Shown here piece after piece: positions 28,371-38,392 of a stretch of 64,000 bases of DNA. Where the stretch lies: contig JBMNFW010000001.1 of NCBI GenBank assembly GCA_050949525.1, forward strand, positions 463,890 to 527,889. Reading direction: 5' to 3'. Position 1 is the first letter of the stretch. Each line of letters begins with the position of its first letter. This DNA comes from Patescibacteria group bacterium. GTDB taxonomy: Bacteria; Patescibacteriota; Patescibacteriia; Patescibacteriales; UBA12465. The notes beneath the pieces are model-generated. The model ran no database searches and was not told the DNA's origin. It worked only from the letters and a program-made list of their open reading frames with translations. Made by a program: the position numbers and the translations under genes.

Positions 28371-29660
28371 CTAATCTTGCCAAAACTTTTCCTGCCGAAC
28401 TAGCAATTCACTGGCTTTTTGTGGTTCAACTAAAAACTCTTTAACTAATTTTTCTAATCGCACCCCTTGAGAAGCTTTAAATAATATTAAATCGAATTCT
28501 TCTATCCTATTTTTTAAAAAAGAACGAGCCTCTTCTTTAGAAGCAAAATTAAAAATACGATCTTTATCAAAACCAGCCTTGATAGCTCCACGACCAATAT
28601 CTCGAGCTTTTTCCCCAATTAAACATATTAAGTCTAAACCGATTTTAGCCATCTCTTCTCCCACTAAACGATGCCCCTCTTCACTATATGATCCTAATTC
28701 TAAAATATCACCAAAGATCACAATTTTTCTACCTTGAGAACGATTTATTTTTTCCAAGGTTTTTAAAGCATTAAGACTAGATTCAGGTGAAGAATTGTAG
28801 GTATCATCAATTAAAAGTGAATTTTTAATTCCCGGCAACACTCTCATTCGCCCAGGAAGAGGTAAAAAACTTTCCAAAGCTTGAGATATATCTAATAGAT
28901 TTAAACCTAAATCTAAAGCTACTGCTATAGAAGCTAGGGTAGCATAAAGTTGAGATAAAGATATTAAATGATTTAATTTTAAAGGTAAAACTGAACCCTG
29001 ATATTCAATTTTAAAATTAAGACCACAAAAAATATCTTGATTTAGATTCTCAGGAAAAATAAAATTAAGATCTTTAGCTAAAATATCCGCCCCCAATCTT
29101 AAGCCATAAGAACTTTGACGAATCTTAATCTCTTCCGATAAATCTCGTAAATATTTATTATCATAGTTTAAAACTGCTAGACCATCTTTTTTAACCGCTT
29201 TTAATAATTTAGATTTTTCTTTTAAAATTTCATCAACACTACCAAAATATTCAATATGTGATTGCGATATATTAGTTAACACTCCAATATCAGGTTCAAC
29301 AATGGAAAGTAAATAATCCATATCTCCAGGACGATCAACACCTAACTCTAAAACTAAAAGCTCCGGATATTTTTTATCCTTAATTATTAATAATTTCCCA
29401 GCTAAAAACAAAATCCTTAACCAACCCCCCACACTCTTACCGGGAGATTCTTGACCAAGAATACTTAAAGGTAAACCGAATTCATTATTATAGTTTTTTA
29501 AACTAGAACCGACTCTAAACTTTTTAGATAAAACCAAAGCCACCACTTCTTTAGTACCAGTTTTTCCAACACTACCACTAATAGCCACAATTTTGGGTTG
29601 ATACCTTTTAATAACCCGCCGAGCTAGAAAAGCTAATATTTTTATAATTCTTTTTTTCAT
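28371..29660 (-). CDS. murF: UDP-N-acetylmuramoyl-tripeptide--D-alanyl-D-alanine ligase
   Basis: 429 aa; ISGSVGKTGTKE P-loop, DDTYNSSPES, dcw-cluster position. Confidence 0.85.
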   Translation of the reverse strand: MKKRIIKILAFLARRVIKRYQPKIVAISGSVGKTGTKEVVALVLSKKFRVGSSLKNYNNEFGLPLSILGQESPGKSVGGWLRILFLAGKLLIIKDKKYPELLVLELGVDRPGDMDYLLSIVEPDIGVLTNISQSHIEYFGSVDEILKEKSKLLKAVKKDGLAVLNYDNKYLRDLSEEIKIRQSSYGLRLGADILAKDLNFIFPENLNQDIFCGLNFKIEYQGSVLPLKLNHLISLSQLYATLASIAVALDLGLNLLDISQALESFLPLPGRMRVLPGIKNSLLIDDTYNSSPESSLNALKTLEKINRSQGRKIVIFGDILELGSYSEEGHRLVGEEMAKIGLDLICLIGEKARDIGRGAIKAGFDKDRIFNFASKEEARSFLKNRIEEFDLILFKASQGVRLEKLVKEFLVEPQKASELLVRQEKFWQD

Positions 29661-29671
29661 ATTTAAATATA

Positions 29672-31765
29672 TTATTTTCTTTCTTTAGGAATCTGATAAT
29701 ATTTTAACAAAAAATCAACAATCTCGCCAAAAACCGGTACTACCGTTCCCTCAGCAAAAACTGAAGTTTGAGGCTGATCAAATTTAACTAATAATACAAA
29801 ACGGGGATTATTAATCGGAGCATAACCAATAAAATTATGAATGTAACGATTTTTTAAATAACCGCCATTAGGAGCTGGAATTTGAGCCGTACCAGTTTTT
29901 CCACCAATATAATAACCCTCAATTTGTGATCTCTTAGCATGCCCTTTTTCTACTACATTAACCAACATCGCTGAAACCGTTTCCGCAGTCTCTTTTGATA
30001 CTACTGAACGAACAGCTTGAGGCTCAATCTTCTTCACTAAATTATAATTATCATCTAAAATTTCTTCAACTAAATATGGCTTCATTAAAACTCCCTGATT
30101 AGCTAAAACGGCAAAAGCAGAGATCATTTGTAATGGCGTAACCGCAATTCCCTGACCAAAAGAGGCCGTAGCTAAATCAATATCCTTAACTCTTCGAGCT
30201 AAAAGATTATCAATATTTCCAGGGCTTTCCGAACTTAATTCTAAACCACTTCGTTCACCAAAGCCAAACTTCCTTAAATAATCACGAAAAACTTCAGCAC
30301 CAATTTGATTAGCCGCAAAAACAGTTCCGGTATTTAAAGAATTTTCTAAAACATAATTCATATTAACCCAACCATGAGCTCCTCGAACACTGTAATCAGA
30401 ATTACTTAGAGGTTTAGGCCAACCTTTAATATTAATTTGCCCCTTATCTTCATAATAAGTATTAGGACCCACCTTACCTTCATTAATAGCCATCGCCATA
30501 GTAATCGGCTTAAAAACTGAGCCAGGTTCATATTGATAAGAAATGGCTTGATTATCAAAAAATTTAGAATCCTCAACTGCTTGAAAATTATTAGGATCAA
30601 AGCCCGGCCATAAACACATAGCAATAATCCGACCAGTTTGCGGTTCTAAAACTATAACACTGCCACTTTCAAAATTATGTTTTAATTGAGCTTCTTTCAA
30701 TTTTTGACAAACGTTTAATTGAACAGCATAATCAATAGTTAAAACTAAATTCTGTCCATGAACTGGAGCCTGATATTCCCTCTTATCAATAATCAACTTT
30801 TTACCTTGATAAGAACCTTTATCAGCTAACAGAAAACCATCTTGTCCCCGCAATTCATAATCAAAAAAACCCTCTAAGCCATAGTTACCTTGATTATCTA
30901 GATTAGTAAAACCAAGAACATTAGAAAAAATTTCTTTTTCTGGATAATAACGAAAAGTTTCCCAAGAAAAATGAAGACCTTTAATTTCAGAGCTTAAATT
31001 ACGTTCATCATCTAAATATATTTTTCCATTCTTTAAACTTAATCTTTCTACGGAATCTAAAGAAAAATCATCTTTAAGACTAAAAAAGAAAAAATCTAGT
31101 AATTCTTCTCGACTCAATTTTCTTTTTAATAATCGAGAATATTTATCTGGAACATTAACCCTTATTAAATAATCATGAATAATATTTTCCTGTCTCTCTT
31201 TTATCTCTAATTCCCTTCTTAAAGCTTGAAGCTCTATCCATTCGGGATCAAATTTTAAATTATTTTTCCATTTAATAGTTTCCTCTCGACGTCTAATCTT
31301 TTCTTCTTCGGGTAAAGTTAAGCTATTTAAAAAATCTAATTCCTTTTTTAAATCAGCCTGAAACTCGTTCTCTAAAAGTTTATCAACCTCAGCCTCAACC
31401 TCAGCTTGATGAAACAACGTATAAAGAACTTGAATAATATCTACCATCTCTGCCTCACTTAAAAGTCGAGGATTGAGATACAAGCTAGCATAATCTTGAT
31501 TTAAGGCTATTGGATAAAGCTCACCCTTTTCTCGTAAAAAAATTAAACCTCGCTCCGCTTGAAGTTCTCGATAATCATGTTGTTGTTGCTCAGCCCGAGC
31601 TAAATATTCCTCATGATCAATTATCTGTAAACGAACTAAACGTAAAATAAGAGAAACGAACATAAAAAAAATAATCGCCATAAAAACATAGAGGCGACTG
31701 TTATTAAATTCGGTCTTTTTCTCCTGAGAAGACCTAGTTCGTTTTTTTAAAAAATCTGAAGCCAT
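29672..31765 (-). CDS. ftsI: Class B penicillin-binding protein (FtsI/PBP2-type transpeptidase)
   Basis: 697 aa; N-terminal TM; SVFKP (SxxK), SLNTG (SxN), KTGTA (KTG); extended charged insertion in the pedestal region. Confidence 0.85.
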   Translation of the reverse strand: MASDFLKKRTRSSQEKKTEFNNSRLYVFMAIIFFMFVSLILRLVRLQIIDHEEYLARAEQQQHDYRELQAERGLIFLREKGELYPIALNQDYASLYLNPRLLSEAEMVDIIQVLYTLFHQAEVEAEVDKLLENEFQADLKKELDFLNSLTLPEEEKIRRREETIKWKNNLKFDPEWIELQALRRELEIKERQENIIHDYLIRVNVPDKYSRLLKRKLSREELLDFFFFSLKDDFSLDSVERLSLKNGKIYLDDERNLSSEIKGLHFSWETFRYYPEKEIFSNVLGFTNLDNQGNYGLEGFFDYELRGQDGFLLADKGSYQGKKLIIDKREYQAPVHGQNLVLTIDYAVQLNVCQKLKEAQLKHNFESGSVIVLEPQTGRIIAMCLWPGFDPNNFQAVEDSKFFDNQAISYQYEPGSVFKPITMAMAINEGKVGPNTYYEDKGQINIKGWPKPLSNSDYSVRGAHGWVNMNYVLENSLNTGTVFAANQIGAEVFRDYLRKFGFGERSGLELSSESPGNIDNLLARRVKDIDLATASFGQGIAVTPLQMISAFAVLANQGVLMKPYLVEEILDDNYNLVKKIEPQAVRSVVSKETAETVSAMLVNVVEKGHAKRSQIEGYYIGGKTGTAQIPAPNGGYLKNRYIHNFIGYAPINNPRFVLLVKFDQPQTSVFAEGTVVPVFGEIVDFLLKYYQIPKERK

Positions 31766-31776
31766 GAAAAATTAAA

Positions 31777-32091
31777 TTATTTTTTAGCTAAAGATTCTTC
31801 TCCCCAATTAATATAATCAATTTCAGAAACCTTAACCATCTTCAAATCATCAATTCTAGTTTTTATACTTTCATAAGACCCTAAAACATTTTTCTTATAA
31901 TCTAAATCCTGCTTTTCATCTTGAAGATTTTGTAAATCACTTTTTAATTGCTCTAATTCTAAATTCCTCGTCATTACATCATCAATACTTTTTAGAAAAT
32001 AGAATCCACCTACCACCAGTAAAACAACTAAACATAAATTAATAGAACGAAGAAATTTATTGCTATATTTTTTACTTTTACTAGTAGTCAT
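31777..32091 (-). CDS. ftsL: FtsL-like cell-division protein
   Basis: 104 aa; single TM plus coiled coil; positioned between rsmH and ftsI. Confidence 0.55.
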   Translation of the reverse strand: MTTSKSKKYSNKFLRSINLCLVVLLVVGGFYFLKSIDDVMTRNLELEQLKSDLQNLQDEKQDLDYKKNVLGSYESIKTRIDDLKMVKVSEIDYINWGEESLAKK

Positions 32092-32108
32092 ATATTTATA
32101 ATTAATTA

Positions 32109-33005
32109 TTAAATTTTTTCAATGGCTCGAAGCTTAGCACTTCGAGAACGATAATTTTTTTCAATCTCTGAATCACTGGGACTTAAAGGTTTAGGAGTTA
32201 AAACTTTAACTAAATTAGCCTTTTTCCAATCACGAAAATAATTTTTAACTATCCGATCCTCTAAGCTATGAAAAGAAACTATTACTAATCGACCCTGAGA
32301 TTCTAAAAGATCTAAAGATTGATTAAGAAACTCTTTTAAATTCTCTAATTCTTGATTAGTTTCAATACGAAGGGCTTGAAAAGTTTTAGTAGCCGGATGG
32401 ATTTTCCGAGACCAAAACTTTTGTGGAATAGTGGTAGCAATAATTTCGGCTAACTCTTTGGTGCTACTAATCTTATTCTGACGACGACTCTTAATAATAT
32501 TTTCACTAATCTTTTTAGCCCAAGGCTCTTCTCCGTAATCCTTAATTATCCTTTCTAAATCTGATTGACTATAGGTATTAACAATATAATAAGCACTATT
32601 ATCAATCTGAGGACCAAAACTCATATCTAAAGGAGCTTCCCCCTGAAAAGAGAATCCCCTAGTCATATCATCAAGTTGAGCTGATGATAAGCCTAGATCT
32701 AAGACCATACCATCAAAGCGAGATTTTAAAAGTTCATTTTTATTTTTTAAAACTACTTCCCTAATCTGAGAAAAATTATTATTAATAACTACAACATTAT
32801 TCAAAGCTTGGGAAAGAAAATTATCAATAGCTAAAGGATCTAAATCAAATGACAGAACTAAACCCTGATCTCCGGCTAAGGAGCTAATAGCTCGGGTATA
32901 TGATCCACCGCCAAGAGTTCCATCCAAATATTGACCACCCTTTTTTACTTGTAAAAAATCTAGAACCTCTTCTAACATAACTGGAATATGAAAATACTCC
33001 TTCAT
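32109..33005 (-). CDS. rsmH: 16S rRNA (cytosine1402-N4)-methyltransferase
   Basis: 298 aa; HIPVMLEEVLDFL, DGTLGGGSY, DLGLSSAQLD, SFHSLEDRIVK. Confidence 0.92.
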   Translation of the reverse strand: MKEYFHIPVMLEEVLDFLQVKKGGQYLDGTLGGGSYTRAISSLAGDQGLVLSFDLDPLAIDNFLSQALNNVVVINNNFSQIREVVLKNKNELLKSRFDGMVLDLGLSSAQLDDMTRGFSFQGEAPLDMSFGPQIDNSAYYIVNTYSQSDLERIIKDYGEEPWAKKISENIIKSRRQNKISSTKELAEIIATTIPQKFWSRKIHPATKTFQALRIETNQELENLKEFLNQSLDLLESQGRLVIVSFHSLEDRIVKNYFRDWKKANLVKVLTPKPLSPSDSEIEKNYRSRSAKLRAIEKI

Positions 33006-33009
33006 ATTT

Positions 33010-33441
33010 TTAAATACCTAAATCACCTAAATCTTCAGCTATCATATTAGTATTCTTCTCCGACTCCTCTTTATACTTATCCCAATCATCCTTATTCCAA
33101 ATTTCTAAGTGATTATACAAACCAGCTATAATGACATTTTTCTTTAATCCCGCAAAATGACGTAAATATTCTGGTAAAGTTACTCGTCCCTGATTATCAA
33201 ACTCTAAATCCATCGCTCCCGCTAAAAAATGACGAGCTAAGGCTCGAGCCTTGGATTGACTAACTGGAAGATTGGATAATTTCTCAGCAATAATTCGCCA
33301 CTGATCTTTAGTGTATAAAAACAAACAATTATCTAAACCCTTGGTTACTACTCCACCCTTTTTTAATAACAATCTAAACTTAGCCGGAATAGCTATTCGT
33401 CCCTTGTCATCTAAATTGTGTTGATACTCGCCAATGAACAT
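33010..33441 (-). CDS. mraZ: Transcriptional regulator MraZ
   Basis: MFIGEYQHNLDDKGRIAIPAKFR ... second DxxGR (FDNQGRVTLP). ATG 33441 is preferred over the ORF-track GTG at 33474, which lies inside the operator-like repeats. Confidence 0.9.
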   Translation of the reverse strand: MFIGEYQHNLDDKGRIAIPAKFRLLLKKGGVVTKGLDNCLFLYTKDQWRIIAEKLSNLPVSQSKARALARHFLAGAMDLEFDNQGRVTLPEYLRHFAGLKKNVIIAGLYNHLEIWNKDDWDKYKEESEKNTNMIAEDLGDLGI

Positions 33442-33464
33442 AAAAATTTTTTTATTATTTTTAA

Positions 33465-33532
33465 TCCTCACCACTTCTCACCACTTTTCACCTTACAAGT
33501 TTAATTATACACCACTTTTCCCCGATGGTCAA
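33465..33532 (-). promoter_or_regulatory. mraZ promoter with three AAGTGGTG direct repeats (candidate MraZ operator)
   Basis: Minus strand: TTGACC (33532..33527), N17, TATAAT (33509..33504). AAGTGGTG boxes lie at +33510-33517, 33479-33486 and 33469-33476; the last two are 10 bp apart. Confidence 0.5.
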
Positions 33533-33583
33533 GAAAGAAAAAAAATGATTTTGACTAATAAAATCAAGTATAAAAAATAAAAA

Positions 33584-33620
33584 TAAAAAAAGAGTCAAAC
33601 TTATCAACAGTTTGACTCTT
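33584..33620 (-). terminator. Intrinsic terminator after sod
   Basis: Stem AAGAGTCAAAC / GTTTGACTCTT (33590-33600 / 33610-33620) followed by a T-run on the minus strand. Confidence 0.75.
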
Positions 33621-33680
33621 TATCTTAAAAAATTACTATTTTTTTATTAACATTCTATCAACAGTTAATCCCCCACTTTT

Positions 33681-34268
33681 TTATAAAACTTTTTTTAAAT
33701 TATCTTCACAAAAATCCCAATTAATTAAATTATCAATTAAAGTTTCTAAATACTTAGCACGAAGATTTTGATAATCTAAATAATAAGCATGCTCCCAAAG
33801 ATCTAAAACTAATAATGGAATAAGATTAGAAGTAATCGGAGTATCGGCATTAGAGCTAGATATAATTTTTAAATCTGCTCCATCTAAAACTAACCACACC
33901 CAACCACTAGCAAAATGAGCCACTCCCCGATCTTTTAACTCTTGCTTAAAAGAATCTAAAGAAGAAAAATTTTCTTCAATTTTTTTTAAAAGAAAATTAG
34001 AAATTTCTTTTTTCTCCGGACTTAAACTTTGCCAATAAAAATTATGATTATAAGTCTGAGCCGCATTATTAAAAACTGATTTCAATTCCTCTACTTGATA
34101 TGATTTTTTAATAATTTCCTCTAAAGTTAAATCAGCTAAATCAGTTCCGTTAATTAATTTATTCAAATTATCAAAATAAGTTTGATGATGTTTTTCATAA
34201 TGAAAAGATAAGGTTCTCTCAGATAAATAAGGTTCTAAAGATTTTAAACTGTAAGGTAATTTTATCAT
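33681..34268 (-). CDS. Fe/Mn superoxide dismutase
   Basis: Start moved to MIKLPY (ATG 34268), just after the upstream gene's stop at 34273. LPYSLKSLEPYLSERTLSFHYEKHHQTY ... DLWEHAYYLDYQN. Confidence 0.9.
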   Translation of the reverse strand: MIKLPYSLKSLEPYLSERTLSFHYEKHHQTYFDNLNKLINGTDLADLTLEEIIKKSYQVEELKSVFNNAAQTYNHNFYWQSLSPEKKEISNFLLKKIEENFSSLDSFKQELKDRGVAHFASGWVWLVLDGADLKIISSSNADTPITSNLIPLLVLDLWEHAYYLDYQNLRAKYLETLIDNLINWDFCEDNLKKVL

Positions 34269-34272
34269 ATTA

Positions 34273-35211
34273 TTATTTATAACTAATATAGTTTTTTTCA
34301 TCTAGAATATTTAAACGAGGTACAATTTCAGCTTTACTAACAGCATTAAGGGCTCCAGGCCAAGACAAAGTTATAGAACGAGACTCTAAAGACATTATTT
34401 CATTAACAGTATAAGAGTTAACGCCAACTACCCGACCGCCTTGAAATAATATAATATCTAAAGAAAGCTCCCAATAATTATAAGGACTATTATTTTTAAG
34501 TTGAAAAGATAGATTATTAAATCCTTTAACTTTATCAATATCCATTTTTATATCAGAAAAAGTAAAATTAAGACGTTCAGTATAATAAGCATCCCAATCA
34601 GGATAAGTTCTAACACTCAGTCTCTCCCAATTTTCTTTTTTAATATCAAAACTTAAAGCACTAGGACTTTTTTCTAAATCTAAAGCTAAAGCCATAATAT
34701 AACGCTCCTCATTCGGAAATAAAAGAATATTAGAACAAATTAGATCTTCCCCCCGATCTGAAAAACAATATTCTAAATGAGAGAAAAAATTATTATTAGG
34801 ATTTTTAACTTTTGCCACTAAATCATATTTACCATTCTGAAAAAAAGATTGTGGAGTATCAACTGTTAAAGCTAAGGCTAAGCGACCAGGGCTCAAATTA
34901 ACATTAACATTGCTCAGCTCTTGTAAAGCTCGTCTTTCTTCGGGACTATATCTAATATAATCATAGAGATTATAAAAAAATACTGAATATAATACGGCCG
35001 ATAAAACAAAAAGAAAAACGATCAGACCAATAAACAACTTCTTACGATTATTAAAAAACCACAAACTGAAACCTAATTTTTTTAAAGCTTCACTTTTCAC
35101 TTCTTGTTTCTTTCCAAGGTTAATATTACTATTCGGGCTCTCAACTTTTTCTTCTTCTTGAGGTTTATTAACATTAAAACCAAAGTTTAAATCTTTATTA
35201 TTATTGCTCAT
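34273..35211 (-). CDS. Hypothetical single-pass membrane protein
   Basis: 312 aa; TM segment LFIGLIVFLFVLSAVLYSVFF; extracytoplasmic beta-rich domain; no recognised family. Confidence 0.5.
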   Translation of the reverse strand: MSNNNKDLNFGFNVNKPQEEEKVESPNSNINLGKKQEVKSEALKKLGFSLWFFNNRKKLFIGLIVFLFVLSAVLYSVFFYNLYDYIRYSPEERRALQELSNVNVNLSPGRLALALTVDTPQSFFQNGKYDLVAKVKNPNNNFFSHLEYCFSDRGEDLICSNILLFPNEERYIMALALDLEKSPSALSFDIKKENWERLSVRTYPDWDAYYTERLNFTFSDIKMDIDKVKGFNNLSFQLKNNSPYNYWELSLDIILFQGGRVVGVNSYTVNEIMSLESRSITLSWPGALNAVSKAEIVPRLNILDEKNYISYK

Positions 35212-35279
35212 ATAAATTAAACATGTTATAATTTTTGTAAGCTTTTAATACTATAACATAATTTTTAAGTTTTTAAAAT

Positions 35280-36131
35280 ATGAAAATCAATATTCCTTTA
35301 GGGGTTCCTAAAAATCAAATCAAAAATTATCAAGACAATTTTAAAAAGGCTACTCATAATACTGGACGCCTATTTCTTTTTGCTGGTGATCAAAAAATTG
35401 AACATCTTAATGATGATTTTGCCTTAAAACTAGGCTTTGGTAATAGTGAAGTAGAACATCTATTTAAAATCGCCAGCCAATCTCCAATTGGAGTTTTTGC
35501 AGCTCACTTAGGACTAATTTCTCGCTACGGAAAACAATATAATAAAATTCCCTACTTAGTAAAATTAAATGGAAAAAGTAATTTAGTTACTAGTCAAGAT
35601 CCATTAAGCTTAGCTCTTTGGAGTGTTGATGATGTAATAAAATTTAAGAAAGATTCAGGTTTAAAAATATTAGGTATTGGTTATACTATTTATTTAGGAA
35701 GTGAATACGAGAATCAAATGATGAAAGAAGCGGCTCAAATTATAAAAGAAGCTCATCAAAATGGTCTATTAACAGTTTTATGGGTTTATCCTCGCGGAAA
35801 AAATATTAAAAATGAAAAATCAATTGATTTATTAGCTGGCGCTGCAGGACTAGCTAATTGCCTAGGGGCTGATTTTGCTAAACTTAACTACCCCTTTGAT
35901 GCAAGTACTAATTCAGCTAAAAAATTTAAAGAAGTAACAATAGCCGGAGGAAATACCGGTATCATCTGCGCCGGAGGAAAGAAAATAGATGAAAAAAGCT
36001 TTCTACAGATGACCAAAAACCAAATTAAGCTAGCTGAAACTAAAGGTATAGCAATTGGGCGTAATCTACACCAAAAAGACTTAAAAGCAGCTATCAGCTT
36101 TGCCAGGAAACTTAAAATTGCTCTTGACTAA
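35280..36131 (+). CDS. Class I fructose-bisphosphate aldolase, archaeal/DhnA (FbaB)-type
   Basis: 283 aa; LFLFAGDQKIEH, VWVYPRG, GADFAKLNYP (Schiff-base Lys context), GIAIGRN; DeoC/LacD-superfamily pattern. Confidence 0.7.
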   Translation: MKINIPLGVPKNQIKNYQDNFKKATHNTGRLFLFAGDQKIEHLNDDFALKLGFGNSEVEHLFKIASQSPIGVFAAHLGLISRYGKQYNKIPYLVKLNGKSNLVTSQDPLSLALWSVDDVIKFKKDSGLKILGIGYTIYLGSEYENQMMKEAAQIIKEAHQNGLLTVLWVYPRGKNIKNEKSIDLLAGAAGLANCLGADFAKLNYPFDASTNSAKKFKEVTIAGGNTGIICAGGKKIDEKSFLQMTKNQIKLAETKGIAIGRNLHQKDLKAAISFARKLKIALD

Positions 36132-36175
36132 ATCATCAAAAAATGATATAATGGTCATTAGTAATTTAAAAGAAA

Positions 36176-36394
36176 ATGAAAAATATTAATGTAACTCTGA
36201 ATGGAAAAATTGGAACTATATTTTTACCAATTTTTCCAACCAAGGAAGAATTTGAATTTTTTAAAAAGGAAAACCCCCTACAATTGGTAGAGGTAAGTTT
36301 TCCTAAGGGAGGAATATCTTTTGTTCCTCTCAAGGACTTAAATTATGAGTCCGCAAATAATGGTTACATCCCCTTCAAAAATGGCTGGGATTAA
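36176..36394 (+). CDS. Hypothetical small protein
   Basis: 72-aa ORF followed by a terminator; no recognised family. Confidence 0.4.
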   Translation: MKNINVTLNGKIGTIFLPIFPTKEEFEFFKKENPLQLVEVSFPKGGISFVPLKDLNYESANNGYIPFKNGWD

Positions 36395-36396
36395 TC

Positions 36397-36427
36397 TAAA
36401 AAAGAGCTAATAGCTCTTTTTTTCTTT
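36397..36427. terminator. Bidirectional intrinsic terminator
   Basis: A-run, stem AGAGCTA / TAGCTCT (36403-36409 / 36411-36417), then T-run; lies between convergent genes. Confidence 0.65.
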
Positions 36428-38179
36428 TTATTTCATATCTTTAGTTTCTTGAATAATTCTTTTGATCAAATCTTCACGACTGATACTTTCCATTTCTTCT
36501 TGCCCCCTAATTCTTAAGCTTAATTGATCACTCTCTAATTCCCGATCCCCAATCACTACTATATAAGGAACTTTTTGTGATACTGCTTTTCTAATTTTCT
36601 TAGCCACTGTTTCATTATCAATATCTATTTCTGGTCTTAAATCAAGATCCAATAACTCTTGTTTTAATTTTTGACAATAATCCACATGCTTTTCTCCAAC
36701 TGAAATAATTTGTAATTGAACAGGAGCCATCCAAACCGGAAAAGCTCCTCCATAATGTTCAATTAAAACACCAAAAAATCTCTCTAAAGATCCTAGTAAA
36801 GCTCGATGAATCATAATAGGCTCTTCCTCTTTTTCCGGTCCCTGATAAGTCATATTAAACTTCTTAGGATTTTGAAAATCTAATTGAATAGTGGTTAATT
36901 GCCATTCTCGCCCAATAGAATCTTTAGCCTTAATATCTAATGATGGTCCATAAAACTTAGCCCCACCCTCCTCAATCTCATAAGGCATATTGAAATTAGA
37001 AACTACTTCTTTAATGGTATTTTCCGCTAAATCCCAAATCTTTGGATCACCCATATAATCCGATAAATTCTTACTATCCCGTATAGCAATATATCCTTTT
37101 AAGTCAGTAAAACCAAACACCTTAAAAACATCTAAACTAAATTGTAAAACTTCTTGGTACTCATCAGCAAATTGATCAGGGCGACAAAAAATATGAGCAT
37201 CATCTTGAGTAAAACCTCGAACTCGTAACATACCATTTAATTCCCCACTCTTCTCATAACGATAAACAGCTCCCAATTCATTCCAACGAAAAGGTAAATC
37301 TCGCCAAGAACGAGGTTGGGAATTATATATTTCCACATGAAAAGGACAATTCATAGGCTTAACATAATAATCATCTCCCTCTACCTTCATTGGCGCATAC
37401 ATTGAATCCTTAAAAAAACTTAAGTGCCCACTAGTTTCCCAAAGCAAAGAACGACCAACATGAGGAGTATAAACAGTATCATAACCTCTTTGACGATGAA
37501 AGCGACGCCAAAAAGATTCTACTACTTCTCGCACCTTAGATAATTTAGGATGCCATAACACTAATCCCGGACCAACTTTTTCACTAATAGAAAATAAATC
37601 TAAATCCTTAGCTAAACGACGATGATCTCTTTTTTCAGCCTCCTTTAAAAGCTCCAGATAACTATTTAACTCCTCCGCTTTATTAAAAGCTAAACCATAA
37701 ACACGAGTTAACATTTTATTCTTCTCATCTCCTCGCCAATAGGCTCCGGCTAGTTTATTCAATTTAAAAGAATTTAAATCAACTTGACCTGATGACTCCA
37801 AATGAGGTCCTCGACAAAGATCAGAAAACTCAGCTAATTGATAATAACTAACTTTAGTTTCCCCAGTCGCTTTTAAATCTTCTAAAATTTCTAACTTATA
37901 GATATCATCAGCTTCACGAGCTTCATTAATAGCTAAATCAATATCTTTTTCACTTCGTTCAAATTTTAAATTTTGCTTCACAATATGTTTCATCTTTTTC
38001 TCTAAATCCACTAAATCATCTTCACTTAGTTTTTTATCTCCCAAATCGATGTCGTAATAAAAACCATTATCAACATCAGGACCAATAGCAAACTTAACCT
38101 CTGGATAAGTTCGTAATATAGCTAAAGCTAAAATATGAGCCAAAGAATGGCGTTTAATTTTTAAATTTTCTTCATTCAT
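36428..38179 (-). CDS. thrS: Threonyl-tRNA synthetase lacking the N-terminal TGS domain
   Basis: 583 aa; starts at the editing domain (KRHSLAHILA..AIGPDVDNGFYYD). MCRGPH-like LCRGPH, AGAYWRGDEKNKML, RVRGFTQDDAHIF, MIHRALLGSLERF. Confidence 0.93.
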   Translation of the reverse strand: MNEENLKIKRHSLAHILALAILRTYPEVKFAIGPDVDNGFYYDIDLGDKKLSEDDLVDLEKKMKHIVKQNLKFERSEKDIDLAINEAREADDIYKLEILEDLKATGETKVSYYQLAEFSDLCRGPHLESSGQVDLNSFKLNKLAGAYWRGDEKNKMLTRVYGLAFNKAEELNSYLELLKEAEKRDHRRLAKDLDLFSISEKVGPGLVLWHPKLSKVREVVESFWRRFHRQRGYDTVYTPHVGRSLLWETSGHLSFFKDSMYAPMKVEGDDYYVKPMNCPFHVEIYNSQPRSWRDLPFRWNELGAVYRYEKSGELNGMLRVRGFTQDDAHIFCRPDQFADEYQEVLQFSLDVFKVFGFTDLKGYIAIRDSKNLSDYMGDPKIWDLAENTIKEVVSNFNMPYEIEEGGAKFYGPSLDIKAKDSIGREWQLTTIQLDFQNPKKFNMTYQGPEKEEEPIMIHRALLGSLERFFGVLIEHYGGAFPVWMAPVQLQIISVGEKHVDYCQKLKQELLDLDLRPEIDIDNETVAKKIRKAVSQKVPYIVVIGDRELESDQLSLRIRGQEEMESISREDLIKRIIQETKDMK

Positions 38180-38392
38180 AAAATTATTAATTAATATTTA
38201 ATAAAAAACCCGTTCCAATAATTTAAAGTTAATTAAATTACTAGAACGGGCTTTCCCGCGGTTCCATCTAGTTTCCCTAAACGGGCACTTATTTTTATCT
38301 TCCTAAGCTTAGTCCTTTGAATAAAAGATTACTCGCTAAGTAACTAGATTTGGTAGATCTAGCAATCACCTAAAAAAGATAATGAGATATTA
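38180..38392 (-). ncRNA. T-box-like leader of thrS (antiterminator/terminator switch, candidate Thr ACC specifier)
   Basis: Minus strand: AACUAGAUGGAACCGCGGGAAAGCCCGUUCUAG (T-box motif). Terminator CCCGUUC...GAACGGG + U6 (38203-38250). Hairpin CUAGAU-CUACCAA-AUCUAG (38344-38362). Promoter TTGACT-N17-TAATAT (38415..38387). Confidence 0.7.

Noticed and set aside
33442-33474. N-terminal extension of MraZ from the GTG start (MVRIKNNKKIF...).
   Set aside because: The extension overlaps the operator-like AAGTGGTG repeats. MraZ homologues begin at the MF(I/L)GEY motif, which is encoded from ATG 33441.
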